Shown: positions 9,022 through 19,667, counted from the first letter of the stretch. The stretch is 64,000 nt of DNA from a virus (IMGVR_UViG_3300021387_000994:32001-96000), one strand, 5' to 3'. The notes: generated from the letters alone by a model not told the origin. Translations and numbers: made by a program.

Positions 9022-10803
9022 ATGGATTATACTAATAAAGGATATTCCCCATTGAACGAAAGTAAAAAGGCATCCGACATTCAAATTGTTTTTTTGAGTT
9101 CAAGAGCAGAAAAAACAGCAAAAAGTTCAAATTCAATGTTTTTCTTTGAAGATGCTGCAAAGAAAGCCGGCCTTAAAATGATAACAATAGACCCAAGTTC
9201 ATCTACTATAAAGAGAAACAGTGAGGATTCATATACGGTTGTGGAAGACAATGGTGGTAAAAAAACTTATGTTTTGAAACCATCAAATACAATTATTGTT
9301 CCAAGACGTACTGTTTTGAAAAACAGTGAGTCGAAAGAATTTATACAAGACTTGCAGACTTATGGATTTTTCTGTTTGAACACACTCGACTCAATAGAGA
9401 CTTGTGAAGATAAGTTTTTGACATATAAAAAACTAAAAAACGCTGGTGTTCCAACACCAAAGACAACCGTTATTACATCATCTTCAATGAATAAACTCGA
9501 TGACAAGATAGACAATATCGGAGGAAAGTTCCCAATTGTTTGTAAGATTCTGAATGGGACACAAGGTGTAGGTGTATTTATCATCGACTCAAAGATGAGT
9601 CTTCGTTCCACTCTACAAACTATGTTCAAACTATCCCCAAAGTCTGACATCATTCTTCAGGAGAAGATTGATTCAGATTATGATTTGAGGGTTCATGTTA
9701 TGTATAATGGATTTGAAAGAATGACATCGGGACTAGATGGTTTTGAAATCATTGGTTGTATGAAAAGAAACCAGCTTGCTGGTGACTTCAGAAGTAACTA
9801 TTCACTCGGTTCAACTGCTGAAAAAGGAACTCTTACACCGGAACAGGAAAAGATTGCAAAGATGGCTGCCAAGGCAACTGGATGTAGATGGTGTGGTGTT
9901 GATTTGATTGTTTCAGCAACAACAAAACAACCTTATGTCATCGAAGTCAATTCATCACCAGGAACAAAAGGTATCACTACAGCAGCAGGTGACGATGTTG
10001 TCGGAACACTCTTCAATATGTTCAAAGACTTCAAATACACCAAGTATGAGTCAGAACAAATCGGTAGTTATGAAACAATAACCATCAAGGATATTTCGAA
10101 AGAAACATCTGCTCTTGATACGGCAATAAAATTTGACGACAATAAGACATTCACAGAACTTGAGTGTTCGTCGGTCAATGCAAAAGATGAAGACGTTTCA
10201 TTTGTTTTCAATGGAGTCACCTATAACCGTGAATTGGTTGGTTTGAAGAAAAACGACCCAATGGTGGAACTCAACTTGAAATTTAACGGAACTGTCTATA
10301 AAAATGAACTCGTTGTGTTGAAACAAGTCAACGACAATATTAATAAGAATCATATGGTTGGTGGTACAAAACTTATCAATCGTGTAGCAAACAACGCTGT
10401 CATCATAGATAAACCTTTCTATCTGACAGACAACACGACAAACTTCGATATACCTAAAAAAACGGTGGAAGAAGGTCTTTTGACAGAGGGTAAAAACTGG
10501 GTGTTCAAAGTCAACGATGAAGAAATTAAACTTGCTGGTTTAAGACAAGTTATTAAATCTTTTGTCGATGGAACAAGGAATAAATATTCAAGAGGAAAAT
10601 GGTCGATTGAAGCAGAAGATTCCAATAATTGGGAACTTATGTACAATGAACAAAAGTTCATCGAATGTAAGGATGCAGAGATAAAGTTCAAACACAATTA
10701 CATGCCGTATAATTTGGCATGTAAAATCTCCGGTGTAATCGAATCAATCATAGAAGGTGCCATTGTCGATATGAGTGTATATCCAGAAACAAAAGAAGTG
10801 TAA
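9022..10803 (+). CDS. rimK: RimK-family ATP-grasp ligase with degenerate RimB-like domain and C-terminal extension
   Basis: DKFLTY..VPTPKT, FPIVCK..GTQGVGV, QEKI..DLRV, FRSNYSLG, GVDLI..EVNSSPG; late promoter at 8989-8996. Confidence 0.85.
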   Translation: MDYTNKGYSPLNESKKASDIQIVFLSSRAEKTAKSSNSMFFFEDAAKKAGLKMITIDPSSSTIKRNSEDSYTVVEDNGGKKTYVLKPSNTIIVPRRTVLKNSESKEFIQDLQTYGFFCLNTLDSIETCEDKFLTYKKLKNAGVPTPKTTVITSSSMNKLDDKIDNIGGKFPIVCKILNGTQGVGVFIIDSKMSLRSTLQTMFKLSPKSDIILQEKIDSDYDLRVHVMYNGFERMTSGLDGFEIIGCMKRNQLAGDFRSNYSLGSTAEKGTLTPEQEKIAKMAAKATGCRWCGVDLIVSATTKQPYVIEVNSSPGTKGITTAAGDDVVGTLFNMFKDFKYTKYESEQIGSYETITIKDISKETSALDTAIKFDDNKTFTELECSSVNAKDEDVSFVFNGVTYNRELVGLKKNDPMVELNLKFNGTVYKNELVVLKQVNDNINKNHMVGGTKLINRVANNAVIIDKPFYLTDNTTNFDIPKKTVEEGLLTEGKNWVFKVNDEEIKLAGLRQVIKSFVDGTRNKYSRGKWSIEAEDSNNWELMYNEQKFIECKDAEIKFKHNYMPYNLACKISGVIESIIEGAIVDMSVYPETKEV

Positions 10804-10876
10804 AAGATAGAATAAGACTCATAAAACAAAAATAGAAGTTAATTGAAATTAACTTCTATTTTTTCATAAATATAAT

Positions 10877-11047
10877 ATGGGATGCAACTGTAACAAAAAC
10901 GATTCTATACCACTTTCAGTTAAGAAGGAAAAAAGAAGAAAACTGAAAGAAAAAATATCAGATATAAAACAACTTTGGAAAGAAAGTGAGACAACTGGAT
11001 TGTCTGGTAGTGCTACCGTAACAAAAGACGAATTAGGATTTAAATAA
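10877..11047 (+). CDS. small late protein, 56 aa (MGCNCNK...)
   Basis: Not in the ORF track; ATG lies just after CATAAATA (10865-10872) and the ORF fills the gap before 11060. Confidence 0.6.
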   Translation: MGCNCNKNDSIPLSVKKEKRRKLKEKISDIKQLWKESETTGLSGSATVTKDELGFK

Positions 11048-11059
11048 AGGAATAAAAAA

Positions 11060-12010
11060 ATGCAACAAATAAAATCATTCGACGAATTTATAAACAACGT
11101 CACAGAATCTAAAACCGATTCAAAAAAAGAAATCGCTGGATTCAAGGAGGCAATTGAAATTGTAGGTCTCGGAACAATCAAGGCAAAACTTGATACCGGA
11201 AACACAACAAAATACAACGCTCTAATAGTTCAAGACTATTTCGAAAAAGATGGAAAAGTAAAATTTAATTTCAACGGTAAGGACTTGGAGTATGATGTCG
11301 AGAAACATGTAAGAATATGGCACCACGGAAAATCAACTGAACGTCCAATTATCAAAGTTGATTTGATTTTCAATGGAAAAAAGTACAAAGACGAACTCAT
11401 TGATTTAAAAATTTCAGATTTGACCGGTACAAAGAACTATAGATGTCGTATGTTGATATGTAAAAAATTTATGGAAGAGGCAAATATTATCATAGACCCG
11501 TCCAAAGAATTTAACATCACTAAAAAACATCAAATTGACAAACCAAGAAAAAAGAAAGTCAATGAATCAAAAGATAGTGAAAACCAAGTAATAATGAGTA
11601 CAAACAAAAACTTGGACGCTACTGACATTGATTTCATACTCGGTGGAAAAACCATTGGTGGTGCAATTCTGACAAATCAATATATTGATGGAATAATAAG
11701 TGAATATAAAGACTCTGTGGATGATTTCGACGAAAGCATATTCAGAAAATTTGACGACAATGAAAAACTATATAACCTTGAAGACTTTTGGATAAACAGA
11801 GAATATCGAGGAAAAGGTTATTCAAAATTGTGTCTAGAAAAATTGATGGAAAAATATGGTGATAAACAAATGGTATTGAGAGCGTTTCCTGATGGTGGAG
11901 TAGATGAAGACACTCTTGTGAAGATATATAGCAGATATGGTTTTGTAGTGCTTCAACCAACAAAATCTGATGGAACGATAATGGGTAAATATAAAAATAA
12001 AAAAGAGTGA
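11060..12010 (+). CDS. capsid-targeting leader + RimB-like retropepsin (DTG) protease + GNAT acetyltransferase fusion
   Basis: IKSFDEFINN; AKLDTGN..ERPII..MLI..FM..IIIDPS; FWINREYRGKGYSK..LVKIYSRYGF. Confidence 0.8.
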   Translation: MQQIKSFDEFINNVTESKTDSKKEIAGFKEAIEIVGLGTIKAKLDTGNTTKYNALIVQDYFEKDGKVKFNFNGKDLEYDVEKHVRIWHHGKSTERPIIKVDLIFNGKKYKDELIDLKISDLTGTKNYRCRMLICKKFMEEANIIIDPSKEFNITKKHQIDKPRKKKVNESKDSENQVIMSTNKNLDATDIDFILGGKTIGGAILTNQYIDGIISEYKDSVDDFDESIFRKFDDNEKLYNLEDFWINREYRGKGYSKLCLEKLMEKYGDKQMVLRAFPDGGVDEDTLVKIYSRYGFVVLQPTKSDGTIMGKYKNKKE

Positions 12011-12045
12011 GGTTTTCCCCACTCTTTTTTTTTATTTTACTCTTC

Positions 12046-12765
12046 TTATTCACATTCATCACTCCAATCACAATCAAGTGCTTCATTAATATAAGTAAAT
12101 GTTGAAAAATCAGCAAATTTACTCTCTGATACATGAGTTGGTGTAAATTTAGCATGTTCATCGATAACACCCAAAAATCTTTCTTCTGCAAAACATCTGA
12201 ATGACATCTTTTCTATATCAAAATAGGTGACAAAACCTTCTCTTGCAGGTCTTTTTGTTCCAGAAGATGAAGTTGATGGACCAAGTACTCTTGCAATTAT
12301 ATCTCTATTTCTTGTTCCGTATGCAACTCTTATTGAACCATCCTTTTTCTCAAATTTAAACGAGACAATATCTGCTCTTAGCATTTCTATAAATGTTGAA
12401 ATTGGAACCATTTTTGGTTTTACTGCCATTGTAGTAGTTTTGATTTCACCAGTAGGAGTCTCAACAACACCCTTTGACACCCTAATCTCACCACTAGGAA
12501 GTTCAACGACACCTTCCGGTGTATCAATTTCTTCTTTGGTTTCTTCGGTTTTTGTTGTCTCTGGATTATCACTTTCCCAGTTATACCCCTCTTTAATCAA
12601 TTTGTCCCATAATTTATCGAAATAACTATATGCTTCAGACGATGCTTCGGATGGCCATGTTCTTCTAACATCATCCAAATTCATCAATACAGTATTGAAT
12701 GGATTTTCTTCACGGAATCCCTCTGTAGAACCGTCCCATGATTCATTTACTTTTTTCATAAACAT
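12046..12765 (-). CDS. DUF2693/WYL_2-like SH3-fold protein
   Basis: VSFKFEKKDGSIRVAYGT..TYFDIEKMSFRCF; late promoter at 12780-12787. Confidence 0.7.
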   Translation of the reverse strand: MFMKKVNESWDGSTEGFREENPFNTVLMNLDDVRRTWPSEASSEAYSYFDKLWDKLIKEGYNWESDNPETTKTEETKEEIDTPEGVVELPSGEIRVSKGVVETPTGEIKTTTMAVKPKMVPISTFIEMLRADIVSFKFEKKDGSIRVAYGTRNRDIIARVLGPSTSSSGTKRPAREGFVTYFDIEKMSFRCFAEERFLGVIDEHAKFTPTHVSESKFADFSTFTYINEALDCDWSDECE

Positions 12766-12778
12766 TTTAAATTATATA

Positions 12779-13606
12779 TTATTTATGAAAAATAATGTTA
12801 TTCATTATATTGTCACTTAATTTTTGAATATATCTAATTTCATATGAACCGTCGTCTTTCAACCAGATAAGTCTTCTGTCGATGATTTTCAAACCGACAC
12901 TTTCAAACATTTTCTGATATAAATTGAACTGAAGTGTATAATGTGACAACGCCGTGTCTTGAAAATCACCCATAGGTGGTTTCATTCTGATATCGTTTCT
13001 GACTGTGAAATCTTTTTCAAGTTCCTTGTTTGTTTTCCAGTCTCCTATAACAAAACCACTCTCTTCAGGAAATATTTGGTTTTCTTCATAGAAAAGAATA
13101 TCGGCTGTACCACATATCGGAAGTACATTATCCATATATTTTGTAGAAAGTTTAAACTCAGCACCAATCACATATAATCGTTTACATGGGTCGAAGTTCA
13201 TTTCATTGTAGAATTTCACAATAGCTTCCTCTTTCGGATATGTCGGAAGAAGGACTTTGTATTCTTCATCCCATTGTTTCTTGTTTGATTCACAGATAAG
13301 TTCAGGATGACCAGCCATAACATTTGTATAACTCTCTCCAAACTCATGTGTCCTAGAACCAGATATTGTTGATTTACGATTCAACAACCTCCAATTTCTT
13401 AAAACATCATATTGTGTCAAACCAACTTTCTCTGCATATGCTCTCGATTTTGCATCCTCATCAAATGGTTGCTCATATTTCTTGATGATATTGGAAACTG
13501 GAGTGTACTCTTTTTTGTCGATGAAATATTGATGACTCTCTTCAATGAAATTGATGTCACCAAATTTTTCATTCAACAACTCTCTTGTTTCTTCTATAAT
13601 TTTCAT
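12779..13606 (-). CDS. PD-(D/E)XK exonuclease
   Basis: FIEESHQY, GSRTH, CGTADIL..IGDWKT, YTLQFNLY. Confidence 0.8.
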   Translation of the reverse strand: MKIIEETRELLNEKFGDINFIEESHQYFIDKKEYTPVSNIIKKYEQPFDEDAKSRAYAEKVGLTQYDVLRNWRLLNRKSTISGSRTHEFGESYTNVMAGHPELICESNKKQWDEEYKVLLPTYPKEEAIVKFYNEMNFDPCKRLYVIGAEFKLSTKYMDNVLPICGTADILFYEENQIFPEESGFVIGDWKTNKELEKDFTVRNDIRMKPPMGDFQDTALSHYTLQFNLYQKMFESVGLKIIDRRLIWLKDDGSYEIRYIQKLSDNIMNNIIFHK

Positions 13607-13881
13607 ATTTTTCCTATTACCATTTCTTTACTTATAACAACATATTCAATATCATCCACTTTGATGTATAACCCACCCATATCACAGAAAGCGATATGGT
13701 CTCCGACATGATATTCATCATTAGGAACACCAATGCTGTCTATTATACCGGTATATGGTGGTGGAATTTCCATTATATTTTCAGATTTCAATGGTTCTGG
13801 AAGGATTATCCCACCTGCAGATTTATATTCGCCATGGTCTTTAATAACCATCATTACATCATTTACTGCAACAAGTCTCAT
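13603..13881 (-). CDS. groES: GroES-like co-chaperonin
   Basis: SAGGIILP mobile loop, VGDHI, EYVVISKEMVIGKI. Confidence 0.8.
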   Translation of the reverse strand: MRLVAVNDVMMVIKDHGEYKSAGGIILPEPLKSENIMEIPPPYTGIIDSIGVPNDEYHVGDHIAFCDMGGLYIKVDDIEYVVISKEMVIGKI

Positions 13882-14930
13882 AGTTTTTCTTTATAGTTTG
13901 TATATAATTCCATCACTGTGTCGAATCTCTTTCCCTCAACATCGTTGTCTTTAAGCCATTCCTCTATATATTGTTCTTGTGTCTTTTTGTCAACAGAATT
14001 TTCATCTTCATTCAACAATACAATATCTTCGTTATTTTCAGAATGTATGTTAAACTCTTTGAAGACTCCGTTCAACTCATTCATCAAATCATCAAACTTA
14101 CATTGTATGACATCATTTCCGTTAATGTGCAAATCAACAAAACAATTTTTCCACATATCCTTTAATTCACCAACAGTCTTATCAAGTATCTCATATATAG
14201 AAAATTTTTTAAATTTTGGTGAATATGTATTTTCAAAAAATGTTATTTCACCCGTCTTTACATCAAGTACGGTTATTCCGTTCATACCATCCATCTCACC
14301 ACGTGTCATCTGATACGGTGTTCCGACATAATGAACATTTTTCATATCTTGTTTCTTATGAATATGACCTGCATATACTACAGATTTCTTAAAATCTTTT
14401 GAGTCTATTGAATTACTTGACATTGACTTTATACCACTTTTGTTCAATTGACAACCGGCAACATCTAAATGTCCAAAGATATAATCGACATCGACTGACT
14501 CCAATAATTTTCTCTCGCTTTCTAATTCGTTAATCCAAGGGTTAAAAAGAACACTTTTTCCACTTATGACCTCAACCTCTGGTTTCTTATATACCGTAAC
14601 ATTTGGTATATTCTCCAACATTCTTATTGATGTGATGTCATTTGACGATTTATTGTAAATATCATGGTTTCCGACTATAATACGAATATCATCAAATATT
14701 TTAGACAAACTATTGAATATATCAATCGTTCTGCACATCGTATTAAGACCGACTGTACTTCTATTATCAAATACATCACCAAGATGGACAAGTATATCAC
14801 CGTCCTTATGTTCTTTCTTCATCAAAGGTATAACGACATCATTGAAATATCCTGTAAAATCGTTTAACCAATTCTCATTGTCGTTTTTCACACCAAAATG
14901 TGTGTCTGCTAAAAACCATATTCTACTCAT
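13878..14930 (-). CDS. gp47: Mre11/SbcD-like recombination endonuclease (T4 gp47)
   Basis: ADTHFG, LGDVFD, GNHD, FGH, GHIH metallophosphoesterase motifs; start moved to MSRIWF. Confidence 0.9.
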   Translation of the reverse strand: MSRIWFLADTHFGVKNDNENWLNDFTGYFNDVVIPLMKKEHKDGDILVHLGDVFDNRSTVGLNTMCRTIDIFNSLSKIFDDIRIIVGNHDIYNKSSNDITSIRMLENIPNVTVYKKPEVEVISGKSVLFNPWINELESERKLLESVDVDYIFGHLDVAGCQLNKSGIKSMSSNSIDSKDFKKSVVYAGHIHKKQDMKNVHYVGTPYQMTRGEMDGMNGITVLDVKTGEITFFENTYSPKFKKFSIYEILDKTVGELKDMWKNCFVDLHINGNDVIQCKFDDLMNELNGVFKEFNIHSENNEDIVLLNEDENSVDKKTQEQYIEEWLKDNDVEGKRFDTVMELYTNYKEKL

Positions 14931-15010
14931 ATTTAAAATATAACAAAAATAAAAAAGGTGTGATTCTTTTTTCACACCTTTCTAAAAAAACAATATGAAC
15001 TTTTACGATA

Positions 15011-15892
15011 TTAAGAAAACATAATTGGACCAATGACAACACTTGTTTTTACACAATTTTCTTCATCAAACGAAGAGAACTTAATTCTGTTACTATGAAA
15101 CTCAATAGTATACATCTTGTCATTGTCAATATACGAAAAATGCTGCTTATTGAAGCAACCAAGGAACGAATCACTTCCACTGAAGTTTTCATAACCAATA
15201 TTGGTTAATCTTTTGTTATATACCTTTTCATAATTTACAAACTCCTTAAATGCATCTTCATCACCTTCACGATAACGATTGATGATTTCGTTTATCTCGG
15301 AACGAACATTTTCGTCGGTAGGTTCAATCTCGGAAACAAACACATCATCACCATTTTTATAGAAGAATACACGAGCAAACTCCTTATATAGACTGAAAAG
15401 GTTTTGTATATACTTAAACTCATTCTCATTGATATCAATAGAGAACTGTAAATTTGACGTATTGTCGAAAACGTTTTTCTTTTTGTCTTCCTCCATTGTA
15501 AGGAAATCAACAGCCTCTGGGTCTGCACAAACAACATTCAACTCGAATCCGTCTGTGTGAATTGACATCTTCTTTGCAAAGTTGTTGTCCTCAACATAGA
15601 ATGTGATATTGACATTTTCGGAGCCAATGAGTGGAAGGGCGGAGATAATCTTACTAGCATCACTAAACTGAATCTTCACACACTCATCATCACACTCGTT
15701 TTCATAACTTTCACAAATCTTTTCTAAATCTGACTCAACAGCCTTGACGGCGGTTTTTTGTTTGTTATAGGCAATAGATTCATACTCACTACCCCTAACT
15801 GTGACGAACATCATTCTGTCCATACTCGAACTTCTCTTGACGAGATTAAGGAAACGCTTGGTCTCCACATTTTTTAATGAAATCTTTCTCAT
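15011..15892 (-). CDS. putative sliding clamp (gp45-like)
   Basis: 293 aa with two alternating beta/alpha halves, next to gp47; no diagnostic motif. Confidence 0.45.
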   Translation of the reverse strand: MRKISLKNVETKRFLNLVKRSSSMDRMMFVTVRGSEYESIAYNKQKTAVKAVESDLEKICESYENECDDECVKIQFSDASKIISALPLIGSENVNITFYVEDNNFAKKMSIHTDGFELNVVCADPEAVDFLTMEEDKKKNVFDNTSNLQFSIDINENEFKYIQNLFSLYKEFARVFFYKNGDDVFVSEIEPTDENVRSEINEIINRYREGDEDAFKEFVNYEKVYNKRLTNIGYENFSGSDSFLGCFNKQHFSYIDNDKMYTIEFHSNRIKFSSFDEENCVKTSVVIGPIMFS

Positions 15893-16052
15893 AAAATAAA
15901 ACTGAATTAAAAATTAACTTCTTGAATTAAATATAACAAAAAATTACAACAATTGTAACATTTTTTTTCATTTTTTTCAATAATTGTGATACAATTCTCG
16001 TTATATTCTAACATATACTAAATATAACAAAAAAGGATAAACCTCCTTTTAA

Positions 16053-16919
16053 TTACCACAAACCATTATCATAATTTAAGTAAAGACTCTCATATACAAT
16101 TGCATTTTTATCTTTACCGATTGTTCTCTTGAAAGATGAGTTTCCACTTTTAATATAAAGATGTCTTCTATAACAGTTTTCGGGAACGGAATATGTATTG
16201 TCAATATCTCCGGATTTCCCATTAAATGAAAGTGCAAACTTCACATTCTTTTTTGAAACATCTTCAAGGAAAACAAAAAAAGACTTGAAGTTTATCCCTC
16301 CGAAATAATACATTCCCTTTGTGTTGAAATACGGTGGGTCCATATAAATGAAATCACCTTTCTTTATCTCACCGAGTATTTCTTCATAGGAACGATGTAC
16401 AAACTCGACGTTGTTTTTTCTCAATTTGTCACTCCACTCATTTAATATGGGTTTCAACAATTCTGGTTTTATTCCATTTCTTGTTATGTGAAAACTATTG
16501 TTGAACTCACCCATCTGATTATATCTCGGCATACCGTTTGTGGTTGTTCTCATTATGAAGAAAAACACAAGTGGGTCGTGGTTCTCGTTGTATATCTTCC
16601 TTTGTTCCTCAAAAAATTTCCTCTTACGGTCTATATCGTTGTCTTTGTTCAACTCTTCCCACAATTTCACATAAGACTCATATATCTCATCCGGTGAATG
16701 CTTTACTTTTTTCCACAATTCAATAAGGTCTTGGTTTATGTCAGAACACACATATCTCTTCACAAATATTCCAGAGTTAATCAAACCCATAAGCATCGAA
16801 CAACCACCACAGAAAGGTTCGTAGTATGTGTCGATTGTCTGTGGGAAATACTGAAGTATTTCCTCACACTGACTTCTCTTGGAACCACTCCATTTTATAA
16901 CCGGTTGAAATTTCACCAT
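16053..16919 (-). CDS. Dam-family DNA adenine methyltransferase 2
   Basis: KWSGSKR, YYEPFCGG, YMDPPY; clear paralogue of 1818-2657. Confidence 0.9.
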   Translation of the reverse strand: MVKFQPVIKWSGSKRSQCEEILQYFPQTIDTYYEPFCGGCSMLMGLINSGIFVKRYVCSDINQDLIELWKKVKHSPDEIYESYVKLWEELNKDNDIDRKRKFFEEQRKIYNENHDPLVFFFIMRTTTNGMPRYNQMGEFNNSFHITRNGIKPELLKPILNEWSDKLRKNNVEFVHRSYEEILGEIKKGDFIYMDPPYFNTKGMYYFGGINFKSFFVFLEDVSKKNVKFALSFNGKSGDIDNTYSVPENCYRRHLYIKSGNSSFKRTIGKDKNAIVYESLYLNYDNGLW

Positions 16920-16964
16920 TCTAAAAAAGTTTTATTGTATTTTTCACTGTCCCAACAGTCACCA

Positions 16965-17204
16965 TTAAATAACCTCGTACTCACCATTCAAATATAAGTA
17001 TTCTACTTTACATTTTTCACAAGTTTCCCATTTAAGCCATTCGAGTGCATTTTCAAGCGTGTCAAATTCAACATAGTCACTCCATTCACCGATATGTCCA
17101 AAATAATGCCACCAACTCCACCAATGCTTATGTTGTGGGAAATAAGTAACCGAAATCTTTCCGTCGATTCCCTTTGATTCTACTTTCTTAATTCTATATT
17201 TCAT
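16965..17204 (-). CDS. hypothetical protein
   Basis: 79-aa ORF in operon; YRIK..YFPQ..W..F.TLE.A pattern. Confidence 0.6.
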   Translation of the reverse strand: MKYRIKKVESKGIDGKISVTYFPQHKHWWSWWHYFGHIGEWSDYVEFDTLENALEWLKWETCEKCKVEYLYLNGEYEVI

Positions 17205-17205
17205 C

Positions 17206-17952
17206 TTAAAACAATGTTTCGTTATTAAGTAATTCTATTATTCTAACATTTGCAATCTTGAAATATTTCTCCTCAATCTCAAACCCTATGAATTTTCTGT
17301 TTGTATTGATGCAAGCGACAGCGGTCGTTCCACTACCCATACAGTTATCCAGCACCAATCCACCCTCCGGACAATATGACTTCACGAGAAATTCAATAAG
17401 TTCAACAGGTTTTTGGGTTGGATGTATCTGGTCCTGTCTTCTCCATTTCTGTGGAAAGTCCAAAACAGTAATTGGATGACGTGTTCCTTTGTTGTCGGTC
17501 TCGACACCTTTTATCCCATATCCAAGATTATTCACTTTGTTTGGAGTATACTTTCTTTTGTACGGAGTTCCTTTTGACATCTGTGGTTCATAGTAAGCAG
17601 CTGGTTCTCCAAACACAAGAACCATCTCATGTTTCTTTAACGGCATATACTTTGCCGTAAGAGGAGACCCACACTTCGATTTCTTCCAAACCATATCATA
17701 TCTGAAAAGTTTCTCATTTGAGAGGGCAAGTTTAAATGCAAAAAGACCGGAACCGAAAAGAATGATATTTCCTTTCGGTTTGATTATCCTCTCATATTGT
17801 CCCCACAACTTATCGACTGGGAGTTGAACATCCCAATTCATTGATGTTGATTGATAAGGTGGGTCACAAATGATACAGTCAACAGAATGGTCGTCAATCT
17901 TCTTCATCCCTTCAAGACAATCCTCGTTATATATTTTATTGATTTCTAACAT
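17206..17952 (-). CDS. N4/N6 DNA methyltransferase (beta class)
   Basis: DCLEGM, CDPPY, HPTQKP, VLDNCMGSGTT. Confidence 0.9.
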   Translation of the reverse strand: MLEINKIYNEDCLEGMKKIDDHSVDCIICDPPYQSTSMNWDVQLPVDKLWGQYERIIKPKGNIILFGSGLFAFKLALSNEKLFRYDMVWKKSKCGSPLTAKYMPLKKHEMVLVFGEPAAYYEPQMSKGTPYKRKYTPNKVNNLGYGIKGVETDNKGTRHPITVLDFPQKWRRQDQIHPTQKPVELIEFLVKSYCPEGGLVLDNCMGSGTTAVACINTNRKFIGFEIEEKYFKIANVRIIELLNNETLF

Positions 17953-18043
17953 ATTAAAATACTTTTACTTCATATAGATTATATAATTTCATACACTAAA
18001 TATAACAAAAACAACTTTACATAAATAACATAAAAAAAAGATT

Positions 18044-18598
18044 ATGATTAAGAAATTTGAAGAATACGTCACAGAAAATATCAACTACGGATTCGGAAAA
18101 ATCAAGTTCGACGACAAAGAATCTGAATCACGATATAAAGAAATCAAAAAAGAAAAAGAGAAAAAAGAATTTGAGAAGTTAAAGAAATATGAAAAATACT
18201 TCGGAGAACTTGACGATAATGATGTCAAAAAAATAAACAAAGAAGACCTAAAAGATGTTTTGAATAATATTTTAAAATATTTGAAAACATTCAAAACTCC
18301 ACTTGAACGTTTTATCAAAGACGATGATAAAATAGGTGATGAATTTATGAATATGGCATTTAATATTCATAAATTGTATATTCCTGAAAGTATACGTCAA
18401 AACGGAAAAATAATTCCTAGTGAAATAAAAAAGACAGATATTTATAATGATATAAAGACATTTCACAAATATATTGTAAAAGATTTTATTGGAATAGAAG
18501 ACGTGTTAGAATCATCGGATAAAGAACACGATGACGTTGTGAAAACATTTTACAAATATTTGATGTTCGTTGACAGAGTGTATAATATATGGGATTAA
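18044..18598 (+). CDS. putative head-internal protein
   Basis: N-terminus MIKKFEEYVTE; CATAAATA at 18020-18027. Confidence 0.65.
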   Translation: MIKKFEEYVTENINYGFGKIKFDDKESESRYKEIKKEKEKKEFEKLKKYEKYFGELDDNDVKKINKEDLKDVLNNILKYLKTFKTPLERFIKDDDKIGDEFMNMAFNIHKLYIPESIRQNGKIIPSEIKKTDIYNDIKTFHKYIVKDFIGIEDVLESSDKEHDDVVKTFYKYLMFVDRVYNIWD

Positions 18599-18638
18599 GT
18601 CATATAATGACTGAATGATATGTTATATAAATCAAAAT

Positions 18639-18666
18639 AAAAGGAGGTAAAAAGACCTCCTTTTTT
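18639..18666. terminator. bidirectional terminator
   Basis: AAAAGGAGGT-loop-ACCTCCTTTT between convergent genes. Confidence 0.75.
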
Positions 18667-18670
18667 ATTT

Positions 18671-19348
18671 CTACCATAACGGAATGTCATCAGTCTTTCC
18701 ATCAAATCTTTCCATTTCTCCAGTGTCCCAGTTCATTATTTTAGCGGGAATTTCAGTTTCAGGAAGGCACATTGTCACACCGTCCATCCTGAAAAGGTTA
18801 TAAGAGACGATTTCTGCCCATTTTTCCACCTCTGTGGGGTCTTTACCGAACTTTGTGGTAAAACTCTCCACAACGGCAGAAAAAACGTTCATACGGGCAA
18901 GAAAAAGAGAATCTTCCTGCCACTCGTATCCATAAGTTGATTTAAGTGCAAGTTCCACCAATCGGTACCATTCTTTCTCATCGTCTGTGGTTATTCTCTG
19001 CAATTTTCTATCGAGAAGACCGACACGTTCAACAATCTTTATGGGTCTTCCACTTGAAGTGTCATACCTTGTTGTAAGAAACGGACCCTCACCACAAGTA
19101 ACTTCAAGTACACGTCTCTTTATATAATCTTCATCGGAACCATTGAAATCCTTATCAACAGAGTCATTCATTTTCTTGACAATCTCAACTGGAGTAAAAA
19201 CCTCCGCTTTCTCTTTCGTCCTTGCAGTCTGTACATCAACATTCTTTGAGTAACGTGGAACAACTTCATCTACATTTACATTGAGTTTTCCACTATTTGT
19301 GTGCTCTTCGAGTAGAATTTCCTTTATCTTAAAATCATTAATATACAT
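18671..19348 (-). CDS. N6-adenine methyltransferase N-terminal (SAM-binding) half, Eco57I-like
   Basis: AEVFTP, VLEVTCGEGPFL, YGYEWQEDSLFLARMN; no NPPY motif. Confidence 0.8.
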   Translation of the reverse strand: MYINDFKIKEILLEEHTNSGKLNVNVDEVVPRYSKNVDVQTARTKEKAEVFTPVEIVKKMNDSVDKDFNGSDEDYIKRRVLEVTCGEGPFLTTRYDTSSGRPIKIVERVGLLDRKLQRITTDDEKEWYRLVELALKSTYGYEWQEDSLFLARMNVFSAVVESFTTKFGKDPTEVEKWAEIVSYNLFRMDGVTMCLPETEIPAKIMNWDTGEMERFDGKTDDIPLW

Positions 19349-19408
19349 ATATTAAATATAACAAAACAACTTTTACATAAATAACATATATATAAAAAAA
19401 AAAGAAAC

Positions 19409-19619
19409 ATGATTAAAATTCAGTAGAACAAAAATTGAACCAAAATTATACAGTGGTATATTACAATACAGTGGTGAGGAAACCACAGGACAACTTATAG
19501 TGTTCAACAACAATATGTACATATTGTCGGATGAAAATATTTTTGAAGGCAACAACACAATTTTAATCGGTGCCGACGAAGAGACATTGGTAGACCCTAA
19601 CACAGTAAAAGAACTATAA
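19409..19619 (+). pseudogene. frameshifted small late gene (69 aa if one A is removed at codon 3)
   Basis: ATG ATT AAAA TTC AGT...GAA CTA TAA; span 211 nt = 3n+1; late promoter at 19376-19383. Confidence 0.6.
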
Positions 19620-19667
19620 GTGATAAACTATAAAACATAAATAACATATATAAATAAAAAAAAAACT

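Noticed and set aside
12779-13606. Nuclease as the Cas4 of the CRISPR system
   Set aside because: No four-Cys Fe-S cluster pattern; it lies in the gp47/GroES operon 8 kb away
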